Assembly: GCA_963765765.1 (NCBI GenBank) | Contig: CAVXYC010000015.1 | Span: forward strand, 672,001-736,000 | Reading direction: 5' to 3' | Source: an uncultured Chloroflexia bacterium | GTDB lineage: Bacteria > Chloroflexota > UBA6077 > JACCZL01 | DNA: 64,000 bases | Shown: piece by piece, positions 20,988-32,973 of the stretch | Layout of the letters: every line of letters starts with the position of its first letter | How positions within the stretch are numbered: position 1 is the stretch's first letter | Notes under the pieces: model-generated | What the model was told of the DNA's origin: nothing | Databases searched by the model: none | Seen by the model: only the letters and a program-made list of their open reading frames with translations | Program-made: the position numbers and the translations under genes

Positions 20988-21741
20988 GTGAGCCTTGATA
21001 TCGCTGGATTGACCGACATTGGTCGTAAGCGAAAGCGGAACGAGGATAGCTTCAGTATCACCGCTTCAGGTGATTGGACTTTCTGTATTGTTGCCGACGG
21101 CATGGGTGGCCACACCGGTGGTGACACAGCAAGTCGACTCGCACTGGAGGGCGCCCAGATTGGCTTCGAATCCACGAAGGGGTCTATCGGGGAGCGGCTT
21201 CTGGCCGCGGTGGAGCAAGCAAACGTCCTGGTATGGCAGGAGGCTGAACGTCAGCCACGCCTCATGGGTATGGGTACGACATTTGTCGGTCTGGCCATTC
21301 AGCCGGATCGCTTTCAGGTGGTCCACGTTGGAGACAGCCGTGCCTATCTGGCGATCAGGCGAGTCGATTCGACAGCTCACAATCGATCATTCGTGGGTCG
21401 GCGAGCAGGTGGCGATTGGCGCGATGACCGAAGAGGACGCTGCCAAGCATCCCTTTCGCGGTGCGATCACCCGCTGCGTTGGCTGTCAGCCGACCGTAGA
21501 GCCAGACCTGCAGGCGGAGGAGCTGCTCGTTGCCGGTTCAGCAATCGTGCTCTGTAGTGACGGACTCACAAATCACTTATCCGACGATGAGATCCGCGAT
21601 ATCGCCATTGCCGAGAGCGCGGAAAGTGCTTGCCAGACCATGATCAACATGGCCAACGAGCGCGGCGGAATTGACAACATCACCGTCATCGTCGCTCGCG
21701 CCGGTTCAGAGAGCGTCACAGACACAGGCTCCTCCGAGTGA
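20988..21741 (+). CDS. PP2C/Stp1 family Ser/Thr protein phosphatase (frameshift near 21350)
   Basis: TDIGRKRKRNED, VADGMGGH, HVGDSRAY, then LTIDHS, LCSDGL, GGIDNIT in the second frame. Confidence 0.93.
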
Positions 21742-23256
21742 CCGTACCGAATTCGGATTCGGGCGAGTATGAGCGTCGAATCTATTGCTTAACCGGAATT
21801 GCGCCGGAAGTTCAGGCATACGCAATGGCGAGGTACAGCCGCTCCCGTCAATCTATGGTGGAGAGCGTGAGAGAGCTCAACGCCCAGCGAGCCGAGCAGT
21901 TCCTGAACACCTTTTACTTTCAGTATGGCCACCGTTCCATTGCCGATCTCGCGCATCTGGCGATGGCCGTGGAGAATATTTCCATTCTCGCCGCTGTACG
22001 TGTAGTGGACGAACAACTCTGGGATGGCCAGGAGCGCTCAACACGCTACCAGGACTTTCGTCGGACCCGCTACGTTGTCCCGAGTGGCATCCTGGGTACG
22101 CTGCGGGAGAGTGGCTACCGCGTCGCGGCGGACTCATTGTTCGCGAGCTATGAGTCGATTTCCAAAGATTTGCTCAGTCTCCTACTGGAATCCACCACCG
22201 CGCCCTCATCCATGGATAGTGCGCAGATCGAACGCACGCTGCGTGCGCGGGCGTTTGACGTTGCACGGTATCTATTGCCGCTTTCAACCAGGACAAGCGT
22301 CGGCCAGGTGGTGAGTGCGCGAGTTCTGGAACGTCAGGTCAGCCGACTTCTTACCGACCCGTTGCCAGAAGTTCGAGAGATTGGAGCGGAGCTTCGCCGC
22401 GCGGGTGAAGGCCCGTCCGCCACGCTCGATGGACTCGAGAACCGGTCCGCCTGCCGCGCCAACGCTGGTCAAGTACACGGCGCCATTGCCCTACCTGGAA
22501 CGAGCTCGCTATGCCCTCGCTGAAGCTGCCACGGAGATTCTCGATGGGATTCCGCTTGAGCCGTACGCTGTCCGAGTTCAGCTCACTACTGAGCAACCGT
22601 TCCTGGAAGAGATGGTGGCAACGCTCCTGTACGAGCATGATTCGGTTGGTCGATCGTACCAGCAGATCTCAGCGTGTGTGGCGGATCTTTCTGAGTCGCG
22701 CAAGACGGAAATCCTGAATCTCTCGGTGAGCTCGAGGGGGCAACATGACGAGCTCATGCGAGCTCATCAAGCCGGGCAAGCGTTGAAGTTCGACGTTCTC
22801 ATGGACTTTGGCTCCTTTCGAGACCTGCACAGGCACCGCCGATGTGTCCAGATCATTCAGGGGCCGCGAGTCGAGCATGGGTTCGATGATCCTGTCGATG
22901 TCTTCCGCCTAGGACTGGGCGAGGCTGGCGCTGAAGCTACTGAGATCCAAGGCCGTTACCGTCAGGCGCTTTTAGACGCGGCGTCCACGGCTTCGTGGAT
23001 CCAGGGAGAGAATGGAAACTCCGCGCAGTTAGCGCAGTACTCATTACCGCTAGCTGCCCGAACCCGGGCGCTCTTTAAGATGGAGATCGCGGAGGCCGCT
23101 TACATCATCGAACAGCGCACCCAGCCTGCCGGGCACTTTTCCTACAGGCACGTTGCCTGGGAAATGTATGAGGAGCTGAGGAGAGCGCTACCGTCAATTG
23201 CTTCGATCGTCCGCGCTGTCGACCCGCACGAGGTGGTGGACCTTTTTCGCCGGTAG
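21738..23256 (+). CDS. thyX: FAD-dependent thymidylate synthase, tandem-domain type (frameshift near 22440)
   Basis: AMARYSRS, YGHRSIA, QERSTRY, FDVARYLLP, then FRDLHRHRR and GHFSYR. Confidence 0.9.
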
Positions 23257-23277
23257 CAGGCGGGCCCTTGACGGCGT

Positions 23278-23511
23278 CTAGCGCTGCTGAGCCTTGCGCT
23301 CGCCGAGGACGTAGATGAACGAACAGAGCACCATGATGAGAATGGTAAAGACGAGTGCTACGAGTAGCGCAAAGTTCTTGTCTACGGCGGCGGCACTGAG
23401 TAGCGTCATGCCCAACGCGGAGATTGCGCTAACGACGAGAACTGTCACGATGATCGGCAACAGGATTGGAAAGACCACTCCTTCGCGTCGCCCAGGGGCA
23501 CCAGCCATCAT
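23278..23511 (-). CDS. Small two-TM membrane protein
   Basis: GGAG SD; two hydrophobic segments. Confidence 0.65.
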   Translation of the reverse strand: MMAGAPGRREGVVFPILLPIIVTVLVVSAISALGMTLLSAAAVDKNFALLVALVFTILIMVLCSFIYVLGERKAQQR

Positions 23512-23629
23512 TTGCTCCCAAAAACAAGTCAGCGCCAAACCGAATCAAACACTAAAGACTTCGCGGCTCACTTCGGCGAACGCGTATCTACGTCAAGGAT
23601 AGCGAAGATGCGAATTTTGTGTCACGCAC

Positions 23630-23965
23630 CTAGTTGAGTCGGTTAGGATCGCGATATTCAACGTGGCGTGGACCACGGATGAACGCGACCAAGCCGACCA
23701 CACGGGCTGGGCTGGCTGTTCGTGTGAACTCCTGGCGGAGCAGCTCTCGACGTCGCCGCCTCACGCGAATGAGACGCGCCCAATAGATTCCAGAGCCTGC
23801 CAGCAACACGACGGGTGGGATAAACCAGAACCAGTTCAGAGCCAGGAAGAGACCAACAACACTGTGATTGGGTACGAGCGCGAAGACCATGACCAGCGTC
23901 GTAATCTTCACCACGAACAAGGTGAAGAAAATGGTTAACGCGGCGGTCCGTGCCTCGGCGTCCAC
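23630..23965 (-). CDS. Small membrane protein
   Basis: Two hydrophobic segments followed by WARLIRVRRRRRELLRQEF; start uncertain. Confidence 0.6.
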   Translation of the reverse strand: MDAEARTAALTIFFTLFVVKITTLVMVFALVPNHSVVGLFLALNWFWFIPPVVLLAGSGIYWARLIRVRRRRRELLRQEFTRTASPARVVGLVAFIRGPRHVEYRDPNRLN

Positions 23966-24146
23966 GTCAGCAGTATAGCCCTCGGCGTACAATCCGCTTC
24001 GGTGTGCGAGCGACCACCCCAGAGAGGTTCTCACACTTGCCGAAAAATCCATACAATGGTCGCAGACACTGATTTAGTGCGCCATTCGGCGCCGACGCTT
24101 GGTGATACCGCCCATGCGGTTGCCAGGATGTGGAAGTGACCGATCG

Positions 24147-25237
24147 ATGACGCCAGACCCGGAGCAGAACCCCTTGAAGCCACCACGTGAAATGGTCGTG
24201 GCATGGGCTCGGACACACCGCGCTCGCATTGCTGTACTGGGTCTTGCGCTGGTTGCGCTTGCATTGTTCGGGTGTACGCGGCCCCTTCTTGCCCACCAGA
24301 TATCTGTCCGCAGACGACGGTATGGCCGCAATCGGACCTTGCCCACAGAATTCAGGACCTTTACGTTCTGCTCTTCTGGCTCTCGGTGGTCGTTGCGGTG
24401 CTGGTGGAAGGCGCGCTCATCGTCACAATGTTCAAATACAAGAGCCGCGCGACGGATACCGGTCGGCCACCTCAGATTCACGGCAACACGGCGCTTGAGA
24501 TCGGTTGGACCATCGCGCCGGCCGTTATCCTGGTCATCATCACGGTCCCAACCTTGCAGCTGCTCTTCGAGATGCGTGGAACACCGCCGCGGGATGCGCT
24601 GCAGGTGGAGGCTATCGGACATCAATGGTGGTGGGAGTTCCGATATCCGGATTCGAATATCGTTACGGCGAACGAAGTGCGAGTCCCCGTAGGAACTCCA
24701 GTGAACTTCCAGCTTCGTACGGCCGATGTGATTCACTCATTCTGGGTTCCCGCAATGGGGGGCAAACTCGATCTCACACCCGGGCACCGCCAGAATTTGT
24801 ACTTCACCCCGCAAACAACGGGTGAATACTATGGGCAGTGTACGGAGTTTTGTGGCTTGCAGCATGCAAACATGCGCTTCCGTATGGTTGTCGAAGAACC
24901 CGCCGCTTATCAAGCATGGGTCCAACAGCAACAACAACCGCAACCTCGCGAAGCGGTCGAAACCGTCAGAGCTGGTCAGGATACGTTTGTTCGCGCGGGG
25001 TGTATTGCGTGTCACACCATCGAAGGCACGTCGGCGGCAGGAGTGATCGGCCCTGACCTGACCCATGTGGGGAGCCGTACAACGATCGCCGCTGGGATAT
25101 TGGAAAATAACCCAGATAACATATACACGTGGATTCGCGATCCGCAGGCGATTAAACCAGGGAACTTGATGCCGAATTTGTTCCTGAATCCGGATGATGC
25201 CAGGGCAATCGCGGACTACCTGACGAGTTTGAAGTAG
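24147..25237 (+). CDS. coxB: Cytochrome c oxidase subunit II with fused cytochrome c (caa3 type); N-terminal frameshift
   Basis: Lipobox LFGC; HGNTALEIGWT, GHQWWWEF, DVIHSFW, CuA CTEFCGLQHANM, heme c CIACH. Confidence 0.96.
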
Positions 25238-25290
25238 GGAACGATGAATCGCATTTCTGAGCGGCTGGCGGCAGACCCAGGAGGCAGTTT

Positions 25291-27191
25291 ATGGCAACGG
25301 CGCTAACCCAACCGGGAGTGCAGGCGCGACCTGAGCCAACGCCGTACCCCTACCCCGGTCTCTGGGGCTGGATTACAACAATCGATCACAAGCGAATCGG
25401 ACTGCTATACGGCATCACGGCGTTCTTGTTTTTCCTGCTTGGTGGTTTCGAGGCGCTTCTCGTCCGCACCCAGCTCGCCGTACCGAGAAATACGTTTCTG
25501 GGCCCCGACACGTACAACCAAATCTTCACGATGCACGGCACCACCATGGTCTTCCTGGTGATCATGCCGCTTAGCGTGGCGTTCTTTAACTACATCGTTC
25601 CTCTCCAGATCGGCGCGCGTGACGTCGCTTTCCCGCGACTGAACGCATTTAGCTACTGGGTGTTTCTCTTTGGTGGGATCATCCTGAACTTGAGCTGGTT
25701 TTTCGGCGGCGCACCGGACATGGCCTGGGTCGGATACGCGAACCTCACCAGCGCTCAGTTCTCGCAGGGCCACCGAGTCGACTTCTGGATTGTTGGAATC
25801 CAGATGCTTGGCGTCGCGTCATTGGCAGGAGCCTTCAACTTTATCGTCACGATCATTAACATGCGCGCTCCTGGCATGAGCCTTATGCGTATGCCAATCT
25901 TCACCTGGAACACGCTTGTTACGGCGTTCCTGCTGATTTTCGCCATGCCTCCGATCGCCGTGGCCCTCATCTTCCTCATGTTCGATCGCATGTTCGGAAC
26001 GCACTTCTATCTCCCCGAGGGCGGCGGCGATCCCGTGCTCTGGCAGCACCTCTTCTGGATCTTCGGTCATCCTGAGGTGTACATCCTTATCCTGCCCGCG
26101 ATGGGCATAGTGTCTGAAGTTCTACCGGTATTCTCCAAGAAGCCGCTTTTCGGATACGCGTTTGTGGTCTATGCGACGGTAGCGATCGCGTTTCTGGGCT
26201 TCGGAGTCTGGAGCCACCACATGTTTACGGTTGGCATGGGCGCCGTTGCGGACGCCTTCTTCGCCGTATCAACCATGTTGATTTCGATTCCGACTGGAAT
26301 CAAGATCTTTAACTGGATTGGAACAATGTGGAAGGGCCAGGTGAAATTCACCACGCCCATGCTCATGGCGCTGGGTTTTGTGTCGATGTTTATCCTGGGC
26401 GGCATCACGGGAATCATGCATGCATCCGTTCCCGTAGATACTCAGCAGCATGATACGTACTTCATCGTTGCGCATTTTCACTATGTGCTCTTCGGTGGTG
26501 CAATCCACGGGCTCTTCGCTGGCTTCTACTACTGGTTCCCCAAGTACACGGGACGGATGTACAACGAGAAGCTCGGCCAGTTGCAATTTTGGCTCATGTT
26601 CATCGGCTTCAATCTGACGTTCTTCCCCATGCATTTCCTTGGCATTGATGGAATGCCGCGGCGCATCTACACCTACGGTGTCGAGCAAGGGTGGGCTGGA
26701 TGGAACCTGGCTTCGACCATCGGAGCCTACTTGATGGGCTTCTCAATCCTGCTATTCGTCTATAACGCGCTCACATCACTGAAGAGGGGTGAGTTGGCAC
26801 CAGGAGACCCTTGGGACGGCGCAACGCTCGAGTGGTCTATCTCCTCACCACCGCCGGTCTACAACTTTGCCGAAATTCCCATGTCCACAGGCCGAGATCA
26901 GTTCTGGATCGAGAAGTACGGTTCCCACGGCGAACTACCTCACGGGCCTTTAGACTGGAGGAGAGCATCCTCATGCGGAGCACGAGGGAAGGGCATGAGG
27001 AGCACCACATTCACCTCCCAAGCCCATCGCTCATGCCGTTCATCGTGGCGCTTGGCATGTTCGCAATGTTCCTGGGCGTCATATTCAATTTCGTTTTGTC
27101 CTTGGTTGGCGTGCTGATCATTTTTATCGGCATCTACGGATGGACCCTTGAACCGGTCGATTCTCCCGAATCAATTTCAACGCACGCGTGA
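25291..27191 (+). CDS. coxA: Cytochrome c oxidase subunit I, A1 type (frameshift near 26950)
   Basis: DHKRIG, TMHGT, FGHPEVY, WSHHMF, VAHFHY, GMPRR; C-terminal HIHLPSPS plus 2 TM in the next frame. Confidence 0.97.
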
Positions 27192-27203
27192 TCAGGAGTT
27201 AGT

Positions 27204-27898
27204 TTGATGCAGTCAACGCTTACGGTCGATCACGGACCGGCGGCACCCGTGGAGACAGGCCACGGGGGTGGGGAAGGGGAGCACCCGACTACCACCGGAA
27301 TAGACAACCGCAAGGTACTGATGTGGACGTTTCTTGGATCGGAGTGCCTCTTCTTTGGCACTCTTATCGGGACGTATATGTCCTACCGTGACCGAAATAC
27401 CGTCTCCCCATTTCCGCACGCGGATTACGAGATGCACGGTCACATCGTGCACGGGATCTTTGACATCCCTTACACATCAGTGAGCGCCTTCGTCCTCCTG
27501 ATGAGCAGCCTGACGATGGTTCTGGCGCTTGCATCGCTCCAGCGCGGAAGCGTACGGGGCATGCGTGTCTGGCTGGTGGCAACAGCACTTCTTGGCATCA
27601 CATTCTTGGGTGGCCAGTTCTACGAGTTCACCACGTTCTATAAAGAGGGTCTATCGCTGGGGCAGAGTATTTTCGGCTCGACCTTCTTCGTACTCACGGG
27701 GTTCCACGGCGCTCACGTTACCATCGGTGTCATTTGGCTTCTTTCCGTCGTAGGCGCCTCATTTCGCGGACACATTCGACCTGACAATAGTCTGATGGTG
27801 GAGATCACCGGACTCTACTGGCATTTTGTCGATATTGTCTGGATCATCATCTTCACCGTGGTATATCTCATTCCCGTTCCCGCCCGGCGGGTCATTAA
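27204..27898 (+). CDS. coxC: Cytochrome c oxidase subunit III
   Basis: MWTFLGSEC, LLMSS, FFVLTGFHGAHV, GLYWHFVDIVW; true stop inferred at TAA 27896-27898 (out of frame as read). Confidence 0.94.
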
Positions 27899-27918
27899 GG
27901 TTTGGAAAGGATCGAGAG

Positions 27919-28281
27919 ATGCATACCGAAACGCATGCGGCGGAGCACAGCCACCCCGGCTTTCCAACCTATATCAAGATTGCGTTGATTCTCACCGTCA
28001 TCACCGGCGTCGAGGTGGCGGTCTACTACATCGAGGGACTTCGACCGCTACTCCTGCCCGTTCTGGTCACGCTTTCCATCGTAAAGTTCGCTCTGGTCGT
28101 CGGATACTTCATGCATTTGAAGTTCGATCCGCGGCTCCTCTCCGGCCTTTTTGTATTCGGACTTGCGATTGCGTTCGCGGTGTTCGGCGGACTCATCGCG
28201 CTGTTCCACTATTCCGGCAATACGGTCATGGAAGGCGGGACGACCACTACTACGACGCAGCCCGCGGGTGGCGGGCACTAG
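27919..28281 (+). CDS. Cytochrome c oxidase subunit IV family protein
   Basis: YIKIALILTVIT.VEV, KFALVVGYFMHLKFD. Confidence 0.9.
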   Translation: MHTETHAAEHSHPGFPTYIKIALILTVITGVEVAVYYIEGLRPLLLPVLVTLSIVKFALVVGYFMHLKFDPRLLSGLFVFGLAIAFAVFGGLIALFHYSGNTVMEGGTTTTTTQPAGGGH

Positions 28282-28439
28282 TCAGCATTCCTTCAACGGA
28301 AACGGTAACGTCTCGTCGTTTCATTGTTACATCGGCCCCTGGAGATCTCTAGGGGCCGATGTGCTGAAGACTCGAATCTAATCGGAGAGTCGCCGCCGCT
28401 CTAGTTGATACACTTCAACTAGGGAGACTGCAGTTTTCG

Positions 28440-29217
28440 ATGTCTGATTGGATAGATCACCCGAGCATCGTTTTGGGCTTGGGGACTCTGCTGTTTGCTT
28501 ATGTGCGATCGGCGCGACGTGGGGCGCGGAAAGCAGGGCAGAACGTAAGTACGAGCCAGGCTGCGTACTTCGGCTTAGGGCTACTTGTCATTTACGTCTC
28601 GCTTGCATCTCCGCTACATGATCTGAGTGAGCGATATCTCTTCAGCGCGCATATGGTGCAGCACCTGTTGCTGACCCTGGTAGCGCCGCCCCTGATATTG
28701 CTGGGAACCCCAGGGTGGATGCTTTCACCGTTGGTGCGGCCGCGCTTTGTCTGTCGACTAGCGGCCTGGCTTACGGGGCCACTTATCGCGTTCATTGTCT
28801 TCAACGTTGCATTCGCTCAATGTCCCATATTCCCGCACTATACGATCTAACCCTCGAGAACCATGGGGCGCACATCGTGGAGCACCTCATCTTCATGGGC
28901 ACCGCGGTGCTTATGTGGTGGCCGATTCTCAGCCCGATGCGTGAGCTTCCGCGAATCGCCCCGCCGCTTCAGATTCTCTACGTCTTCTTCCAAACTATTC
29001 CGAGCTCGGCAGTTGGAGCGCTGATCACGCTTTCTGAGCTGCCCTCTCTATCCGACTTATGCCAACGCGCCTCGCGTCTTTGACATCTCCGCGCTCATGG
29101 ACCAACAAATCGGCGGCGCTCTCATGTGGGTCGGTGGAGGGGTTTACTTCCTGGTATTAGCCACGATTATCTTTTTCGTCTGGGCTCATCGTGAGGAAGC
29201 GGTGGCGGCCTACTTGA
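28440..29217 (+). CDS. ctaG: caa3 oxidase assembly factor CtaG (frameshifts)
   Basis: SPLHDLSERYLFSAHMVQHLLL...PPL..LG.P; WWPIL; DQQIGGALMW. Confidence 0.9.
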
Positions 29218-29241
29218 TCGGCCCTGTCACCGGAGTGACTC

Positions 29242-29912
29242 ATGGGGCCCAACGCCGGACGTATCGCATAGACATTTACGCCGCACTGCGTCGATATCGG
29301 AAGGCGCCGCTGTTTGATTCGGTGCTTCACGTTCGGCCGACACTTCTTAGCACCGCTAGAACGTATTGCCGCCCATGTTCCCCCGCGAGGCTCAATTTTG
29401 GATGTGGGATGCGGACACGGGCTTTTTGCGAACATGATAGCCCTCGGAACAGACCAGCGACATATTCTTGGTATCGATCCGTCTGCCGCCAAGATCGACA
29501 TTGCGCGTCCGAAGCTCTCGAGGGCTCCAGAACATCGAGTACCGGCTCGGAACCATTGATCGGATCGCTGAAAGGGACTTTCAGGCGATCTGTATTCTGG
29601 ACGTTCTTTACCTCTTACCGGATGAAAAGAAGCTCGAGGTACTCCAGGCATGCCGAGACCGACTCGATGCTGACGGAGTCCTGTTGCTCAAAACCAACGA
29701 TACCCGCCCACGCTGGAAGTACGCCGTGGTTCGCACGGAAGAGGAGCTGATGGTTCGGGCCATCGGATTCACGTACGGTGGCGAAGTGCACTTCCGTGGT
29801 GTTCCCCGCTATCTCGAGCTGCTTCGACAGGCCGGTTTCGATGCGCAGGTTATTTCATTGGATAGCTGGCTGCCGGTTCCCCATCGACTGTTCCTGGCTC
29901 AGACCGGTCTAG
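29242..29912 (+). CDS. Class I SAM-dependent methyltransferase (frameshifts)
   Basis: ILDVGCGHG, GIDPS, DVLYLLP motifs spread over frames; start uncertain. Confidence 0.85.
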
Positions 29913-30714
29913 TGACTCTTTCGGGTATACGCGCGCATGCCGATGACCTGGGCCTCCATCCATCGGTGGATCGAGCCATTTTCTCTGCTTACGAGCGCGG
30001 AGCACTCTCCGGTGCATCGATTCTGGTGGGTGGTCAGACCTTTCGTAATGCCGCGGCCGAAGCCCGACGGCTTGACATGCCGGTCTGGCTCCATCTGGCA
30101 CTTGTTGACGCTAAACCAATTTCGCCGGACGGTGAGATTCGGTCGTTGATTGACCACCGGTCGCTTTCCGAGATCGTTCTCAACCGTGGCTGTTCGCGCA
30201 CTCACAGGCCGCTTGCACTACGACGAAGTGCGGCTCGAGACCATGCGTCAGATTGAGCGATTCGGAGAGGCGGGACTGGCCGAGCGACATGGCGTTCGGA
30301 TTGATGGTCACCAGCATTTGCACGTCTTGCCAGTAATCATGGACGCACTATTGGATGGGAAGCGGCCCTTCCAGATACGGGCGATGCGAACACCGATTGC
30401 TTTCGCCCGCAGAACGGAGCTGGCGTTCGGCACGGGCTGCGCTATTTCAGGGAGTGGAGCTTCTTGCGCGCCGATCAACCAATCGTCTGGCGCAATCTGG
30501 CATAGAGTCTATTCCTTGCTGGGGTACTGTATTCGCCGGGCACCTAACGTTGGAACGTGCCCGCGCTGTTCTTCACTCGTTGCCAGATGGAGCCAGCGGG
30601 CAGCTTATCTGTCACCCGGGTGACGATAATCGCGCATTGAGAGCTGCCTATCCCTGGAAATATGACTGGGAAGGTGATCTTTCTACCATCCTCGCACTTG
30701 GTGGTGGCGCGTGA
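29912..30714 (+). CDS. ChbG/HpnK (YdjC) family deacetylase (frameshifts)
   Basis: HADDLG, WLHL, IDGHQHLH, ICHPG. Confidence 0.88.
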
Positions 30715-30804
30715 GGTTACCCGCAAACCGATGCCGAGTTCAACAATCGATTGGACTCGCCGTGCTACACTGGCCGCCACTCTGGCCTGGAATTTGTCAT
30801 TCAC

Positions 30805-31605
30805 GTGACCACACCAGTCAAAAGCCCCTCGGTATCCATAGTCATTCCAATCTACCGAGAACGAGCGTTTCTTGGACAATCTCTGGATGCCATGGTTTCT
30901 GAGCTGCGGTTGCATGCGGTTGGCCACGAAATCATTCTGGTGGAACAGTTCAGCGACGAGCTGACCCTTGCCGAGTCGCGAGCACAGACAGAGCGGCATC
31001 CCAGTGTTCGGCACCTGCTTCTCGATCAGCCGGATTTCGGATATGCCATGAGAGTAGGCATGCTGGAAGCTCGCGGCGACATCATCGTCAATTTCGACAT
31101 CGACTATTGGGACGTTACCTTCGCACGCATGTGCGCGGCCATGATGACCGAGTTCGATATCGATATTGTGATTGGTTCGAAGAATACCCGTCTGTCCGTG
31201 GACAATCGTGCTCCGATTCGCCGATACATTTCCGGCGTGTACCGCATCGTCTTACAGGCCGTCTTTGGGTTGCGCGTCTCGGACACGCATGGCATCAAAG
31301 CATGGCTACGATCGCCAAAGCTTATTGAGCTCATCGATGCCTGTCATTTCACGCGCGATATCTTCGACACCGAGCTGGTGATCCGTGGTGAGCGCGCGGG
31401 GCTTCGACTCCTGGAGCTGCCCGTCACGGTGGCCGAGCTGCGGCCGCCGCGCACCTCAATTCTTTTCCGCGTACCAAGCGCGGCACGGAATCTGGCGCGG
31501 CTTTTCTTCGTCCTCGCCACCGACGCGCCTGGGCGCAGCACTCCCCGCGGAGCAATCGGCTCGCGCTATCCGCAAACCAGGCTCACGGAGACTGACGCAC
31601 GCTAG
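30805..31605 (+). CDS. GT2 glycosyltransferase (polyprenol-phosphate sugar synthase-like)
   Basis: SIVIPIY.E, FDID, VIGSK, SDTHGIK, FDTELV. Confidence 0.9.
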   Translation: MTTPVKSPSVSIVIPIYRERAFLGQSLDAMVSELRLHAVGHEIILVEQFSDELTLAESRAQTERHPSVRHLLLDQPDFGYAMRVGMLEARGDIIVNFDIDYWDVTFARMCAAMMTEFDIDIVIGSKNTRLSVDNRAPIRRYISGVYRIVLQAVFGLRVSDTHGIKAWLRSPKLIELIDACHFTRDIFDTELVIRGERAGLRLLELPVTVAELRPPRTSILFRVPSAARNLARLFFVLATDAPGRSTPRGAIGSRYPQTRLTETDAR

Positions 31606-31677
31606 GTCACTCCTCGCGCGAATCGGGGCAATTGGAATACGTACACTTAGATCCCGGGCCGGTATCGGGCATCGTCG

Positions 31678-31706
31678 TTGACATTGCTTGGACCCGTTGA
31701 TAGCCT
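31678..31706 (+). promoter_or_regulatory. sigma70-type promoter of the diheme cytochrome gene
   Basis: TTGACA-N17-TAGCCT with TG before the -10, 23 nt upstream of the ATG. Confidence 0.55.
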
Positions 31707-31729
31707 GGGCTTGAAAATGGAGGGGCTCA

Positions 31730-32668
31730 ATGAGGGGTGACTCTGCCGCGATCGTCCTGGCACTCGCACTCGTTGCGTTTGTGCTCTGGCTGCTCATCGC
31801 TCAGCGTGAAAAGGTCCGCTACCCGAGCAAGCCGGCGATCGTCATGGGCGAGTTCGCGATGGAGCGCAAAGTGCAGCTCGTCATCGTTCTCCTCATCCTT
31901 ACTGGCCTCTCGATCATGCTATATGGGTTCCGAGAACCCGATCGCCAGGCCGCTGCGGTCAGCCGCCAGGAAGATCTGGCCATCGAGCGCGCGATTGCAA
32001 ACTACACGCTTCTGTGTGTGAGCTGTCACGGCGTGGACGGTCTGGGGGCTGTCGTGCCGGGCACGGATCCGGTCCGGGTGGCTCCTCAGCTCAATCGGGC
32101 GGACTTCCGACCGACTGATCCAGATGAGATCAAGAAGCAGTATGACCTTATCTATAAGACGATCCAGCGTGGTCGGCCCGGTACACCGATGCCGGCGTGG
32201 GGACAGTCGGACGGTGGAACGCTGATTCCTGAACATATTCACGAGCTCGTGACGCTCATCATGCGCGGCGATAAGCAGATCCACGGTCGAACACCCTGGC
32301 AGCTCGTGGAGCATGAGGCAGAGAACCACATCGCCGAAGGCACACTGAAGCGTCCGGAGGAGCTTCCTGAAGATCCCAATGCACCTCCAGGTCAGCGCGT
32401 CTTCGTCGCCAGTGGTTGCGGGGCGTGCCACACGCTCGAAGGCATTCCTGGCGCTGCTGGCGTCGTTGGTCCGCCACTCACCAACATCGGCAACGTTGGT
32501 GCGACTCGGAAACCCGGCACATCGGCTGAGGACTATATTCGCGAGTCGATCGTGAACTCCAACGCGTTCTTGGTTCCCGGATTCCCCCCCGTGATGCCCT
32601 CCGGACTTGTCTCGAACCCAACCGATCTCAACAATCTCGTGGAATTCCTCGCGAGCAGGAAGCAGTAG
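31730..32668 (+). CDS. Membrane-anchored diheme c-type cytochrome
   Basis: Two N-terminal TM segments; CVSCH...MPAW and CGACH...MP. Confidence 0.9.
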   Translation: MRGDSAAIVLALALVAFVLWLLIAQREKVRYPSKPAIVMGEFAMERKVQLVIVLLILTGLSIMLYGFREPDRQAAAVSRQEDLAIERAIANYTLLCVSCHGVDGLGAVVPGTDPVRVAPQLNRADFRPTDPDEIKKQYDLIYKTIQRGRPGTPMPAWGQSDGGTLIPEHIHELVTLIMRGDKQIHGRTPWQLVEHEAENHIAEGTLKRPEELPEDPNAPPGQRVFVASGCGACHTLEGIPGAAGVVGPPLTNIGNVGATRKPGTSAEDYIRESIVNSNAFLVPGFPPVMPSGLVSNPTDLNNLVEFLASRKQ

Positions 32669-32689
32669 CTGTCCTAATCTGACGACGCC

Positions 32690-32727
32690 AAAAGGCGGTG
32701 CGGGCATTTGCCCGCACCGCCTTTTTT
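32690..32727 (+). terminator. Rho-independent terminator
   Basis: AAAAGGCGGTGCGGGC-ATTT-GCCCGCACCGCCTTTTTT. Confidence 0.88.
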
Positions 32728-32973
32728 GTTGTCCTGAGATCTCCCAGCACCATGCGTCCCTTGGGCCCCGCGAGTGCCTAAGGGGAGGGCGCCTACCGGC
32801 TCTGTGGAACCAATTACATTGACGGTCGTATGCTTGCCGATCGTGACTTTAAAAATTATGAGAAGGTCTGTGACGCGCCTGTTACTTAGAAGTGCACCAG
32901 ACGCGGCAGGTGATTGTTAATCTTGGGGCGCGGAAAACTTCCGCCCTGACAGACCGATCAAGGTGAAGGCGAA

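Noticed and set aside
27204-28352. Extended 382-aa coxC
   Set aside because: The extension reads out of frame over the subunit IV gene, which has its own start; frameshift artefact.
29468-30256. Apparent methyltransferase-YdjC fusion ORF
   Set aside because: A TAG/GTG overlap (TAGTG, 29910-29914) sits at the domain boundary, so one indel explains the fusion.
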